Source of the DNA: a virus
Lineage: Duplodnaviria; Caudoviricetes
Length of the DNA: 46,739 nt
Virus record (IMG/VR): IMGVR_UViG_3300037882_001209
Location: 1-46,739 of that record
Direction: 5' to 3' (one strand)
Below the pieces are notes generated by a model. The model saw only the letters and a list, made by a program, of their open reading frames with translations, was not told the origin of the DNA and did no database searches. Position numbers and translations under genes: made by a program. Of the stretch, positions 34,731-44,108 are shown one piece after another; the stretch's first letter is position 1; each line of letters opens with the position of its first letter.

Positions 34731-35156
34731 CTAGCCTTTGAAAATAAGGCGCGCAGTGAAGATCCATCTATGGTCGTCAGTATCTGACAAACCGATGTAT
34801 TGTGGATCCGATTCAGCCATAAGGCAAGTAATGTACCCAGTGTACACACTAACGTCTGCCATCTGCAAGATGTCCCACAGGTCGCGGGCTAGTGCTTGGC
34901 CAGTAGCAAATTGGTCCTGGTTCTGTCTAACAAACAGATTCACGCGAAAATCGCGTAAGGACTCTTTGCTTGGAGAGACGTACACAAGGGGGCGGAAAGA
35001 CAACATAGAGTACACGAAGACAGCATCACGCGGGATACCCGTAGCGCGCCACGGTCTAGGTGGACCCATGAACAGGTTAGTACCCAGCGTTAGGCTAGAG
35101 CCTGCGTCTACTAATGCCGTCACCACAGCTTCGGGCCGGTCAGCAGGGATGGGCAT
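34731..35156 (-). CDS. tail terminator/neck protein
   Basis: Synteny; LGTNLFMG..VNLFVR..PQYIG.SDTDDHRW pattern. Confidence 0.7.
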   Translation of the reverse strand: MPIPADRPEAVVTALVDAGSSLTLGTNLFMGPPRPWRATGIPRDAVFVYSMLSFRPLVYVSPSKESLRDFRVNLFVRQNQDQFATGQALARDLWDILQMADVSVYTGYITCLMAESDPQYIGLSDTDDHRWIFTARLIFKG

Positions 35157-35569
35157 TAAGGCCTCATAGCATTCTTAGTAAGCTTTGCTATAAGCGCCCG
35201 AACGCGTGGCGTCATAGCATACACAGCATTCAGCAAGAAGTGCGCTTCGCCTACTCTGTGGTAATAGTCGTCGTTTTCGTGCTGGATGAGCGCGTACGGA
35301 TGCGCCGGATCGGCAGACGATCTAGCATATCCGAATTGGATATTAGTGTACCGACCACCGGCGCTAGTAGTAGGAGGATCGACGAAGCTCGATCTACGCA
35401 AATCACCAGTGTCCACAGGAGTGCGTCTAACTGAATTGTCCATGATAACTATTGCAGCAGCATCAACAATGTGTGGTGCTGCACCCTTAACACGGTCATT
35501 CAGTTTATTTAGGGCTGCCTGTAACTCATCTGCGCCCTTAAGAGTAGCGCCAAGCTTAATTGCAGCCAT
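35156..35569 (-). CDS. HK97 gp10-like neck protein
   Basis: TPVDTGDLRRS, YALIQHE, GEAHFLLNA. Confidence 0.82.
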   Translation of the reverse strand: MAAIKLGATLKGADELQAALNKLNDRVKGAAPHIVDAAAIVIMDNSVRRTPVDTGDLRRSSFVDPPTTSAGGRYTNIQFGYARSSADPAHPYALIQHENDDYYHRVGEAHFLLNAVYAMTPRVRALIAKLTKNAMRP

Positions 35570-35578
35570 CGCAGCCTC

Positions 35579-35917
35579 CTAGAGATAAATCTCGTAATGG
35601 GAGATAGCCCCAGTAGGGCCTCTAGCTACCTCCCTACGCTTTGGTCTGCGTCCACCCGTAGCGCTCGCTGTACTTACCCCGGGCAGCCAGATAAGCGCGT
35701 CATCTGGTACGTCTACCTCTGTGTAGATAACCACGTTAGTCTCCTCTTCTTCGCCTTGCCTAGGCATGAAGAGGGGACCGTGGAAATACCGGTCGAGTTC
35801 AGTACGGCACACAAACGCCGTCGCGGCACCGTAGACTGGGTCACCAGAGGTACTAACGCTAGACACAGAAGCATAGTAAGCTGTCTCTGCTAGCGTAGCT
35901 CTAAGTTGTGGATCCAT
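35579..35917 (-). CDS. head closure (stopper) protein
   Basis: Synteny; GDPVYG and C-terminal HYEIYL. Confidence 0.65.
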   Translation of the reverse strand: MDPQLRATLAETAYYASVSSVSTSGDPVYGAATAFVCRTELDRYFHGPLFMPRQGEEEETNVVIYTEVDVPDDALIWLPGVSTASATGGRRPKRREVARGPTGAISHYEIYL

Positions 35918-36350
35918 CTTCTGTCCCGTTGCTGATATCGTCCATACCTACGCTAAACCCAGGCTGAACAGCATCGGTATCCGCTGCAAGGTCAATCTTT
36001 TCTGCCTTACTCTGGCCAGAAACTAGAATCTGTACCACGAAGTTGGTAGGAGAGTAGTCCTGCAGTTCGTCTAGCAGCAGCCGGTAATTACGCGCTCGCT
36101 GCGACGCTTGGATACGTGTATGCCCAATCCACAGATCAGCCAGTCTAGAGTATTTGGCTACCAGACTCTTAAGTGCTGCAATAGTGGCAGTACGTACCGC
36201 GTCATCTGCAGCGTCTAGGTAGTAGTCAATCTCTTCGTCTTGCAGCTGCTGATCTGTTGTGTCTGTATCGCCTAATGCAAGTCTTACAATGTATCGGCGC
36301 CCCACAGCCGTGGATGCACTAAGGAGGGAAGCATCATAGGTCCATGCCAT
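35901..36350 (-). CDS. head-tail adaptor protein
   Basis: GGAGG RBS before ATG 36350; MAWTY..VRLALGDTD...LQDEEIDYYL. Confidence 0.78.
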   Translation of the reverse strand: MAWTYDASLLSASTAVGRRYIVRLALGDTDTTDQQLQDEEIDYYLDAADDAVRTATIAALKSLVAKYSRLADLWIGHTRIQASQRARNYRLLLDELQDYSPTNFVVQILVSGQSKAEKIDLAADTDAVQPGFSVGMDDISNGTEDGSTT

Positions 36351-36352
36351 AG

Positions 36353-36661
36353 CTATCCTCCAAAGAACGTGGCCCACAGGGAGTGTGCCGTAGAAGTGGC
36401 ACCGGCCAGGATTAGCCCAATAACCGTGGAGGCTTTCCAGGCTAAAGTATGGGCGGCTGTAGCTTTGTCTTCTGCAGTCTGCACCCTAGCCTCTATGGCT
36501 GGCAGCCGCTTAAGCTCCGTTACGACGATGGCTAAATTCTTGTCCAGCGATGCGAGCTTCTCGGTCATCACATCAAGCTTGGAATCGAGCGCATCGGCTT
36601 CACGCTTAATAGCTTCTAGCCGGTCCTTATGGTTATCGAGCATCGTAAGAATCTTTTCCAT
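36353..36661 (-). CDS. coiled-coil protein with C-terminal TM (XhlA/holin-like)
   Basis: Heptad-rich N-terminal region then a hydrophobic helix. Confidence 0.55.
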   Translation of the reverse strand: MEKILTMLDNHKDRLEAIKREADALDSKLDVMTEKLASLDKNLAIVVTELKRLPAIEARVQTAEDKATAAHTLAWKASTVIGLILAGATSTAHSLWATFFGG

Positions 36662-36663
36662 GC

Positions 36664-36873
36664 TTACTCCGCCTGATTAGGCTCCGATTTGTAGAGAATC
36701 TCTTGCCCAATCCAACCTAGGTCGATTAGCCGCCGTAGTTGCGATTCCTTCATAATGGAAGGGTCAATCTCTTCCCCAACCTTTACAAGGCGCAGCTTAC
36801 CGTCAATCTGCATCTTTTGTGGCCGTCGTGCCACATAGATCATTTTATACGTGGTCTTTGTGGTCTTTGCCAT
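36664..36873 (-). CDS. small virion-associated hypothetical protein
   Basis: GAGGGA RBS before ATG 36873; GEEID...LRRLIDLGWI pattern after the capsid gene. Confidence 0.65.
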   Translation of the reverse strand: MAKTTKTTYKMIYVARRPQKMQIDGKLRLVKVGEEIDPSIMKESQLRRLIDLGWIGQEILYKSEPNQAE

Positions 36874-36888
36874 TAGCAGTCCCTCTAT

Positions 36889-36951
36889 AAACAAAGAACC
36901 CCCGGCGACCAAAGCGGGAAGGACCAAACCGCTAAGGTCACCAGGGGTTCA
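36889..36951 (-). terminator. terminator-like long hairpin after the capsid gene
   Basis: On -: GAACCCCTGGTGACC...GGTCGCCGGGGGTTC followed by TTTGTTT, with nested AGCGG/CCGCT stem. Confidence 0.7.
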
Positions 36952-36967
36952 AAAGACCTAAGAAAGC

Positions 36968-37921
36968 TTAGGTTAGCACATCGGATAGGAACGCGCCAAG
37001 CAGGGCCGAAGTGAGCTTGTAGTCAAAGCACGTCTGAATCTCAAACCGATCAGAGTTAAGATGAGTCATCTCAAACTTCCGAATGGTCTGGTCAGGAACG
37101 CCAGCTACGCGCTGACGGAAGGTGTAGCCTGCGGAAGCAGTACGCCGACCAGGACGCTTAGGAACGTAGAGTAGCAATGCCCCCTCTCCGAACATTTGCG
37201 CGGTAGTCGTGGTAGCAGCACCCTCGGCCGAAGTAGCCTCCATGGTCTCGCCGACGATTACTTCGTCGAGCTCCAGGACCTTGGCTAGCAACTCCTGGCT
37301 AACAATCCCTGTCTGCGTATACTTGATACGGTCGAGGAACTGCGCGGAGTCCTGTAGTACATCCCACGTAGTAGCACCTAGAACAAGCTTGTTAGGCTTG
37401 TAACCAGTCTTGGTCTGCACCGAACGAATCTGCTCCCGAAGGTCCTCAATGGGAGTAGCGTTAGACGCATCCCACTTGGTACCTACAGTGATGTCAGACC
37501 CTGTGGTAGACCCAGTCCAGATGCCTGTGGTGAAGAACCCGGTAGCCCATACCTTGTCCTTCTTAAGCCGCAGCATGCGGGTAAGGAAGGCAACGGTATC
37601 AGCGTCTAGGTCTAGAGGCTCGTCGGCATTCTGCCGCTCTTCGAAAGCGATATCCTTGTGAAGCGCGTACGGATCACAGTAGTAGGTATCACTCGATAGG
37701 CGCCAGTCTGCACCTTCGGACTCGGTACCTGGCGCGCGAGGCGACATGGTAACGCGATTCAGATCGGCTAGATCATAGATGAAGTATCGATCGCTCTGCT
37801 TCTCAACGGGAATGACTGGAAACACTCGGTCAGCGACCGAAGGCTCTTCCGCCATAAACGCGAGAGACATCTGCGATAGCGGACGATTGATATGAACGTC
37901 CGCAGCAGTGGGTAGAGGCAT
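36968..37921 (-). CDS. major capsid protein
   Basis: 317 aa; VHINRPLSQMS..VADRVFPVIPVEKQSDRY, PNKLVLG, SAGYTF; strong AAGGAG RBS; followed by terminator. Confidence 0.88.
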   Translation of the reverse strand: MPLPTAADVHINRPLSQMSLAFMAEEPSVADRVFPVIPVEKQSDRYFIYDLADLNRVTMSPRAPGTESEGADWRLSSDTYYCDPYALHKDIAFEERQNADEPLDLDADTVAFLTRMLRLKKDKVWATGFFTTGIWTGSTTGSDITVGTKWDASNATPIEDLREQIRSVQTKTGYKPNKLVLGATTWDVLQDSAQFLDRIKYTQTGIVSQELLAKVLELDEVIVGETMEATSAEGAATTTTAQMFGEGALLLYVPKRPGRRTASAGYTFRQRVAGVPDQTIRKFEMTHLNSDRFEIQTCFDYKLTSALLGAFLSDVLT

Positions 37922-37939
37922 AGTTTAGTCTCCTTAAGA

Positions 37940-38614
37940 CTAGGTAAGCGCGATGGTTTCAACGCCCATGTGAGTCCACGTGGTACCATCGCAGGATACC
38001 CAGCAAGCCTCATTTTGGTTGAGCGTTACAATAGTAGCAGGCGCGTCCGACTTGACTACAAGGTTTTCAGCAGCGTCAGCCATATTCAGAATCCGGAACA
38101 CGCGACCTACCGATACCTCTTCCGCAGGCAAGTTAACGTCTCGCGACGACCCACCCGGATCTAGCCGCTGGAACAGCAGCGAGGCAGCAGTGAGTGTATC
38201 GGTACCAGACAGAGTAGCAGTCCGCGCAGTACCTAGCGAAAGCGGGAACACAGCCTTAGGCGCAGGGTAGAGCTCGATAACCGCGATTTCTGCGGCAGCC
38301 CCAGCTGCACGCCGAACGCGACCAATCGAGAATCCCATCGTAGTAGCGACAGCGCGACCCGAAGAATCGATAGAAACCTCATCGCCTACAACTAGCGCGG
38401 CACCGGCCCAAACCTTGGTAAGGCCCGATACAGCAACAGTAGCTAGCTGGGCGGCTTCTGGATCGTTCTGTAGAACGCCGTAGCAGTTGACGCCGGCAGT
38501 CGACACAGTCTGCACCTTGTCAGCAGACGTATGCGCTACAAACTTAAACTGCGCAGCAGAAAGGTCAGCAGCCGCAACAGCCGACCGCGTAACAAGATTA
38601 CCTTCGTTAGCCAT
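37940..38614 (-). CDS. capsid cement/decoration protein (DUF2190-like) with C-terminal extension
   Basis: AAADLS..QFKFV, GVLQNDP, AGAALVVGDEV..DSSGRAV. Confidence 0.75.
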   Translation of the reverse strand: MANEGNLVTRSAVAAADLSAAQFKFVAHTSADKVQTVSTAGVNCYGVLQNDPEAAQLATVAVSGLTKVWAGAALVVGDEVSIDSSGRAVATTMGFSIGRVRRAAGAAAEIAVIELYPAPKAVFPLSLGTARTATLSGTDTLTAASLLFQRLDPGGSSRDVNLPAEEVSVGRVFRILNMADAAENLVVKSDAPATIVTLNQNEACWVSCDGTTWTHMGVETIALT

Positions 38615-38629
38615 TTTGTATATCCCCTA

Positions 38630-39334
38630 TTACTTGGTCCGACGCTCGGCGTCGTACTCGCTGTAAAGTTGTGGATTCTCTAGCATAGCCTCGGTAAAGG
38701 CCTTAGCAAAATCCTTGGTAACTCCGCTGGATACCTTGCTCTTCGCAAGAATCTCTAGCTTCTCGTAAGCCGACCCAGTAACTGGAGTCTGCCCACTCTT
38801 TCCAATCTCTCGCGAGAGTACCGCGGCACCGGTCTTAGCAATCGCCTGCGCAGAGACTAGAGCACCTACTAGCTTCTCAACTAGGGGCGCATTGGTCTTG
38901 CTTAGCGCGTAAAGACCCTTAGCGATATCCTCGCTATCAGCCACATCGCCAAGCTTCGACTTAGTTACAGTCACGTAACTAGCCTCATCGGCAGCGTCTA
39001 GCCGCTTGCGTAGCTCAACAATCTCGGCTTGCTGTAGATTGATGGTCTTAGCAACCTCTACAGGAACCTCTGGAACCACCGGTGGTGCAGGAACCTCGGG
39101 AACCACAGGGGTCTTTGTAGACTCTGCAGCTTCTGCTGCAACACGCGCTAGCTCGTCGCTAACCGCCTTGCGGAACTGCTCTGGTAGCGTATTTAGATCA
39201 AACACTGTTTCCTCCGAAGGAAGGGATTGCGGGGGCGTCTTGCTCTTTGCAATGACGATATCCGCTAGTTGATTTGCGCCCTCTTGACATAGCGCAATCT
39301 CGGTAAACTGTAAGCGTCGGAGCTTTTTGGCCAT
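38630..39334 (-). CDS. scaffolding protein
   Basis: ATG 39334 (MAKKLRRLQFTEIALCQEGAN); helical, EIGKSG, ENPQLYSEY; upstream of decoration and capsid genes. Confidence 0.72.
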   Translation of the reverse strand: MAKKLRRLQFTEIALCQEGANQLADIVIAKSKTPPQSLPSEETVFDLNTLPEQFRKAVSDELARVAAEAAESTKTPVVPEVPAPPVVPEVPVEVAKTINLQQAEIVELRKRLDAADEASYVTVTKSKLGDVADSEDIAKGLYALSKTNAPLVEKLVGALVSAQAIAKTGAAVLSREIGKSGQTPVTGSAYEKLEILAKSKVSSGVTKDFAKAFTEAMLENPQLYSEYDAERRTK

Positions 39335-39348
39335 GGATGTTTCTACGC

Positions 39349-39392
39349 TCCTGCTATAGGATCGGGCTAGCAACGCCCAAAACGACAAAAGA
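39349..39392 (-). promoter_or_regulatory. putative late promoter, copy 1
   Basis: On -: TCTTTTGT-N20-CGATCCTAT-AGC-AGGA, matches 43919-43962 with identical spacing. Confidence 0.6.
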
Positions 39393-39431
39393 ACATAGGA
39401 TTGCGGGTGGCGGGTTGCGGGTATGTGCAGC

Positions 39432-39845
39432 TTACTCGCTATCTGCGTCTTCGGTTACTGCCCGCCCCGCTACCGATAGCATCCTAAGCTCTCCGTTTTT
39501 AATGCGCGTGAACACCAAGGGATCATAGATGTACATACCAATCCACCAGCCGATAGGCACAGTCCCTGGAGGAATGCCTAGAGCCTTCTGTTTCTCCTCT
39601 GTGAAGACGATACTCTCTACAAGAGAACCGGCGTAGTATTCAGTATGTTCAATGGACCCCATGCCACCACAGCGCACAAACACATAGGCAGCCTCCTCTA
39701 GCTCTAGAGGCTCGATGATGTGATCGTGCGCATCCACCACCGTTTCGCCTTCCTTCGTAACGGCTACACTTGCCCATCCGAAGATTAGCTGCTTATCCTC
39801 GACGATGGTGGACGCACTAAGCTTGAATTCAACTGCTGTATCCAT
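39432..39845 (-). CDS. XkdF-like prohead serine protease
   Basis: QLIFGWASV, VVDAHDHII, LVESIV, GWWIGM, IKNGELRMLSVAG. Confidence 0.85.
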   Translation of the reverse strand: MDTAVEFKLSASTIVEDKQLIFGWASVAVTKEGETVVDAHDHIIEPLELEEAAYVFVRCGGMGSIEHTEYYAGSLVESIVFTEEKQKALGIPPGTVPIGWWIGMYIYDPLVFTRIKNGELRMLSVAGRAVTEDADSE

Positions 39846-39850
39846 ATTCC

Positions 39851-41236
39851 CTACTTAGGCACTTTGCGTGCACCAGGTTTTTCAGTCCGTACGTTAGCGC
39901 GTTCGCCTGCCCCTGAATCATTGTGATCTTGCACCACAGGGGAGTTAGGGTTACGGCCAGCGCCACTAGGGTTAGTGCCTGCCATTGGGTCGATGCGAGG
40001 CTCGCCCTTTTCTGGGAAGTCTGCCACCTTACGTAGGTGGGCCTCCAGCTCGTCGTCAGGCTGTAGGACGTTGACAGCCACAAGCTGATTAACGAAGGTC
40101 GCGAGCGTCGCTAGGCTGACATCCTGCATTTCTTCGGCCGCAATAGTAGGGGCCGCCTTTGGCTCAAACCCATTCAGCTCGCACAACTTCGGGATTAGGA
40201 AGTGGTTCACGCCGTCTGCGATACGCGAAAGCGCCGCTTGTAGAGCTACAGTAAATAGCCCGGCCTGCTTATCAGCGAGTGCAAAACTGCCGGTCCCACT
40301 ACTTCCAAGTAGGATAAACTGCGCAAGCATAGTAGTAGCAATACGGTTTTCATACCGATTGATGATAGTGTTTGTGTCGATGGCACGCTTACCTCCGCCA
40401 CTTAGCAACGAGAACTTGAATCCTGTCTTAGCGTTACCAGACGAGCTAGTAGCAATCTCTTCGGCAGGGAAAACTACCCCTTCACGTTCGTCCCGTCGAA
40501 TCTGCGACAGCTGCCGTTTGAAGGCTGCTACCTGCTGTTGCATAGCGGCAGGCGCATTGATGTCTAGGTACTCTGGGGGCACATAGAGTACAGGCAGACC
40601 GGCTAGTTCTCGCTCTACACCAATAGCCTCAATCTCTTGCAGCCGCTTTAGGAAGTTGTACGGTCGTACGGCACTACGAAGAATAGAGCGACCTTCTGGA
40701 TTGGCCTTGTATGGCGTAGTGGTGAAGTGTACAGCCTTCTCAATAGGAATCAACACAGTGCCTCTAGAGTTGAGCACATATGGATCCATCTGATTCATAC
40801 CGAGAATCTTATTCTTACTATCTACTTCCCACGACCACAGGGAGGACTGGGCACGCAAGGGAATATTGGCCCAGCCTAGCCGGCCATCTGGCCTAACCTT
40901 GTAAACTACCTCGTGGTATGCCCAGCCGTACTGTAGGAAGGATAGTGCTTCATAGATGAAATCCTTCCAAGGAACCTCCATATCCTGCATGCAATCTTCT
41001 ACGAAGCTCTTTGCGTCGCGCGCGCGGAGACCCTCGCCCTTCGTAATGCGCCAAGCCTGATTAGTAAGCAGGTATTCGATTACAAATAGTACGGCGCCAA
41101 TGACGGGATCATTGTCCCGCATCTCCGTGTACTGTTTAACAGGAGTGACACGCCGTAACGCTGGGTTCCACTCGCTATTTACGAAACCACCTACGATCTC
41201 TAGGCCGGCGGACCCAATTTCCGACGTGTCTGCCAT
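39851..41236 (-). CDS. portal protein (DUF935-like)
   Basis: YTEMRDNDPVIGAVL, YGWAYHEVVYK, NPEGRSILRS, IGVERELAGLP, GSFALA. Confidence 0.92.
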   Translation of the reverse strand: MADTSEIGSAGLEIVGGFVNSEWNPALRRVTPVKQYTEMRDNDPVIGAVLFVIEYLLTNQAWRITKGEGLRARDAKSFVEDCMQDMEVPWKDFIYEALSFLQYGWAYHEVVYKVRPDGRLGWANIPLRAQSSLWSWEVDSKNKILGMNQMDPYVLNSRGTVLIPIEKAVHFTTTPYKANPEGRSILRSAVRPYNFLKRLQEIEAIGVERELAGLPVLYVPPEYLDINAPAAMQQQVAAFKRQLSQIRRDEREGVVFPAEEIATSSSGNAKTGFKFSLLSGGGKRAIDTNTIINRYENRIATTMLAQFILLGSSGTGSFALADKQAGLFTVALQAALSRIADGVNHFLIPKLCELNGFEPKAAPTIAAEEMQDVSLATLATFVNQLVAVNVLQPDDELEAHLRKVADFPEKGEPRIDPMAGTNPSGAGRNPNSPVVQDHNDSGAGERANVRTEKPGARKVPK

Positions 41237-41250
41237 GGTTGTACCCTCTC

Positions 41251-41292
41251 AAATAAAAACCCCCCCAGCGCCGTGTAGGCACCAGGGGGGTT
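41251..41292 (-). terminator. intrinsic terminator
   Basis: On -: AACCCCCCTGGTGCC-loop-GGCGCTGGGGGGTTTTATTT. Confidence 0.75.
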
Positions 41293-41298
41293 TAGTTA

Positions 41299-41577
41299 CT
41301 ACGAAAACGCGTCAGCGTCCTGCAACTCTTGATACACGCGCTTGATGACTAGACCTAGAATCCAGCGGAGAACTACCTGGTCGTACGAATCGACGATCTT
41401 AGCTACGATGCTATCGCCGTACGACACCTGGCCGTCTAGCCAATCCACTAGCTTATCGACAGCGGCCTTGACTACTTCCTCCTCGGGAATGGCGTCCTTG
41501 GCCACGTCAAAAAGGATGGCCTGCGCCTTGTCCTCAATGGAATCCATATCAAGCTTTGGAAACTTAAACTTACCCAT
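41299..41577 (-). CDS. hypothetical protein between terminase and portal
   Basis: CAGGAG RBS (part of a CACCACAGG copy), 92 aa. Confidence 0.75.
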   Translation of the reverse strand: MGKFKFPKLDMDSIEDKAQAILFDVAKDAIPEEEVVKAAVDKLVDWLDGQVSYGDSIVAKIVDSYDQVVLRWILGLVIKRVYQELQDADAFS

Positions 41578-41599
41578 GATTTCTCCTGTGGTGCACTAG

Positions 41600-43279
41600 T
41601 TAGTAGTCCCAACGCTCACGTGTACCCGCTTGCTCGTCAGGACGAATATTGTACGTAGGTTTCTGTAGTAGTTCTGTGATACCCAGCCCTGCAGCGTCTA
41701 CCTGGTCATCATTAGCGCCGTTAGGGAAGGCGTCGCATTCTGCAAAAAACTCTTCTAGCCAGGGCTCGCCTTCCGGAACATGGATGTTACCAGCTTCTAG
41801 GTACGGAGACCAGGCCATAGCACGTTTAACCTTAGATTCTGAAGCTACTACCAAGATAATGCCTGGTATTTCAGCTTCTAGGGTGTTTTGTAGCGCTCTA
41901 GCGTTGGCCGCTTTTTCTACGTATTTAGCCTTAGCCTCTGGAACTGCCTCTGTAAGCGCGCGGACTGCGGTTAGCTGGTCGTTGAAACTAAGCTGCCGGC
42001 GAATGCGCTTCCACAGGTAGATTTTCTTTCCTACTCTGCCTATGATCCAGCCAACCGTGTAGTCAGCTGTAGGGTCGTCCGAATAGCTAAGGTCCCAGGA
42101 CTGCACTAGCTTATCAAAGGCCGGTGGCCAAGCCTCCGGAGCTACCTTTCTGAACCAGTCGCGCTTAAGCATACCACCGCCCGTAGGACTGGGTAGCTGA
42201 TCTAGCTGACCGGACGCAGCATACGAACCTAGCTCAATACGAAGCGCCGCAATCTTACTCTTAGGCAGTCCAGCTGGCCATAGTGCGTCGCCAGGCACCA
42301 CACGGGGGTCCTGGAATTTAAGCTTAGTGTGGGAGGGCAGACGATGCTTAGGATTATACTCTGCTGGTAAGCAGAGATGGTCCCAATCGATATCGTCTTC
42401 GTCTAGCGAAGTGTCTGACGTCACACCTAGCCCGAGGCGTTCAGCCTCTTCCTTAGCCTTGAAGTACTTATCGCGCTGCGATAGCAGATAACCAACGATA
42501 TCGTTCTCATGCAGACGTTGCATGATTACAATCTTGGCCCCAATGTGGGAACCAGGATTGAGACGAGTAGAAAGAGTACCTCCCCACCACGTAATAGCAT
42601 GAACTCGAGCAGCCTCTGACGTAAGTGCCTCTGTTGCGTTATGCGGATCGTCTACTAAGATGATATCTGCGCCTTCCCCGGTTAGCCCGCTTCCTACGGA
42701 AGTAGCTAGCCGGTGACCTTGCGCAGTATTTTGGTAGTAGGCTTTAGCATTTTGGTCTTTTTCGAGGCGTACACCTGGGTAAAGCTGGCTGCCTTGTTCC
42801 CAATTCGGGTGGGGAGAGTATCTTTGTTGGTACCATGCGCTCTCAATGAGTCGGCGCATCTTTACCGAGTCACGAGTAGCTAGTTGGTTACTATGGCTGG
42901 CGAAAATCCACTTGATTTTGGGGTCGTTACCCCACGCCCAGGACGGGAAAAACACCCCAGTTAGTAGAGATTTACCGCAGCGGGGTGGGATGTTGATGAT
43001 TAGGCGCTTAATCTGGCCTGCTAGAACAGCTTCTAGGTGGTCACAAATGGCATTTAGATGCCAATTTGGGAGAAATTGTGCTCCAGGCTCTACTAATGGC
43101 CAGGTGTGTTCTACATATCGGATAAGCCTACGATTAATTAGTTCGTCTTGCACCACAGAGAGTTGTGGTAGGCCCCTAGTATCTATAGGCTTCCGCAGGG
43201 CCGGGTCATTGTGGAAGAAACGGTCGGCCCTAGACCCACGGTTAGCTAGCTCTTCTAGCGATTTAGGTCTAAAGTCCAT
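41600..43279 (-). CDS. terL: terminase large subunit
   Basis: INIPPRCGKS Walker A, ILVDDPH Walker B, IMQRLHENDI, QSWD, FPNGANDDQVDA nuclease motif. Confidence 0.95.
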   Translation of the reverse strand: MDFRPKSLEELANRGSRADRFFHNDPALRKPIDTRGLPQLSVVQDELINRRLIRYVEHTWPLVEPGAQFLPNWHLNAICDHLEAVLAGQIKRLIINIPPRCGKSLLTGVFFPSWAWGNDPKIKWIFASHSNQLATRDSVKMRRLIESAWYQQRYSPHPNWEQGSQLYPGVRLEKDQNAKAYYQNTAQGHRLATSVGSGLTGEGADIILVDDPHNATEALTSEAARVHAITWWGGTLSTRLNPGSHIGAKIVIMQRLHENDIVGYLLSQRDKYFKAKEEAERLGLGVTSDTSLDEDDIDWDHLCLPAEYNPKHRLPSHTKLKFQDPRVVPGDALWPAGLPKSKIAALRIELGSYAASGQLDQLPSPTGGGMLKRDWFRKVAPEAWPPAFDKLVQSWDLSYSDDPTADYTVGWIIGRVGKKIYLWKRIRRQLSFNDQLTAVRALTEAVPEAKAKYVEKAANARALQNTLEAEIPGIILVVASESKVKRAMAWSPYLEAGNIHVPEGEPWLEEFFAECDAFPNGANDDQVDAAGLGITELLQKPTYNIRPDEQAGTRERWDY

Positions 43280-43315
43280 GATGGAGGTTCCTTCGTAGCC
43301 GTACCCTAGCCCAGC

Positions 43316-43909
43316 CTAGCCTAGTACGATCTTGTCTGGCCCAGAAAGCAGTTTGGGCGCTTCTCTAGCAGCTTCTATTACGTCGATGGGCTGGACCGTA
43401 GCCTTAGTAATTAAAGCCTCTAGAGTGACTAGCTCATCACTAGTTAGTCTCTTAAGGTCGATGTTATGCCCAGACAGGAGAGGGTTTGGCCCAGTTAGCT
43501 GCTGATTAGTGGACGATGTAGCAGATTGTGCAGCGCTTGCGGGGGCTGGGCCCCAGTCCTCTGGATTCTTCTGCTTAAGGATGTGAGCTGCAGCTTTCCA
43601 GTCATCTGCTGCCGAGGCAGATAGGATGTCGATGTGAGACTGCTCGTACTGTGCCTCTTGGTACTGCACGGCTTGGAAAAAGCTGAACAGCTCTAGTTCA
43701 GGTACGCTGTAGTCTTCTGGATTGTAGTGCGGACTACTTAGCTGCTGGTCAGCGTACTGAAAATACTGCTTAAGCAGCACAAAAGTGACTCGCGCCAGCT
43801 TTGCAGCATTCCTTAGGCTTGCACCGCGCCCCACAGCGGTAATAATCTGCTGTTGGGAGGCTCGGGGGATGTCTCTAAAGAAGGAATTAGCTACGGTATT
43901 GGCGCGCAT
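43316..43909 (-). CDS. terminase small subunit (probable)
   Basis: Directly upstream of terL; N-terminal HTH-like GASLRNAAKLARV, DWKAAAHIL...PEDWG. Confidence 0.75.
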   Translation of the reverse strand: MRANTVANSFFRDIPRASQQQIITAVGRGASLRNAAKLARVTFVLLKQYFQYADQQLSSPHYNPEDYSVPELELFSFFQAVQYQEAQYEQSHIDILSASAADDWKAAAHILKQKNPEDWGPAPASAAQSATSSTNQQLTGPNPLLSGHNIDLKRLTSDELVTLEALITKATVQPIDVIEAAREAPKLLSGPDKIVLG

Positions 43910-43918
43910 TTTGTTAGG

Positions 43919-43962
43919 TCCTACGATAGAATCGTACGGAGCGGGAGGTAAGCAACAAAAGA
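43919..43962 (-). promoter_or_regulatory. putative late promoter, copy 2
   Basis: On -: TCTTTTGT-N20-CGATTCTAT-CGT-AGGA upstream of terS. Confidence 0.6.
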
Positions 43963-44043
43963 GTCAGGAGTGTTGAGTGGTGGATGCGTGGTTGTGGGTC
44001 TGTGAAAGTTGCCGTTTAGGCAAACTGCTACGGATTTTTAAGC

Positions 44044-44102
44044 AAAAAAAGGCCCCCGAGCTACGTACCATCGTAGCGAACGGGGGCCTTCTTAGTTTTT
44101 TT
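44044..44102. terminator. intrinsic terminator
   Basis: AAAAAAAGGCCCCCG...CGGGGGCCTT with inner GCTACG/CGTAGC stem; T-tract adjacent on -, and a more distant one on +. Confidence 0.8.
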
Positions 44103-44108
44103 GTACCG

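Noticed and set aside
43279-43318. terS TAG in frame with terL (12 codons apart), and TMP TAG in frame with the Dit-like gene (29897-29903)
   Set aside because: Each downstream gene has its own RBS, these proteins are normally separate, and in-frame spacing has a 1-in-3 chance.
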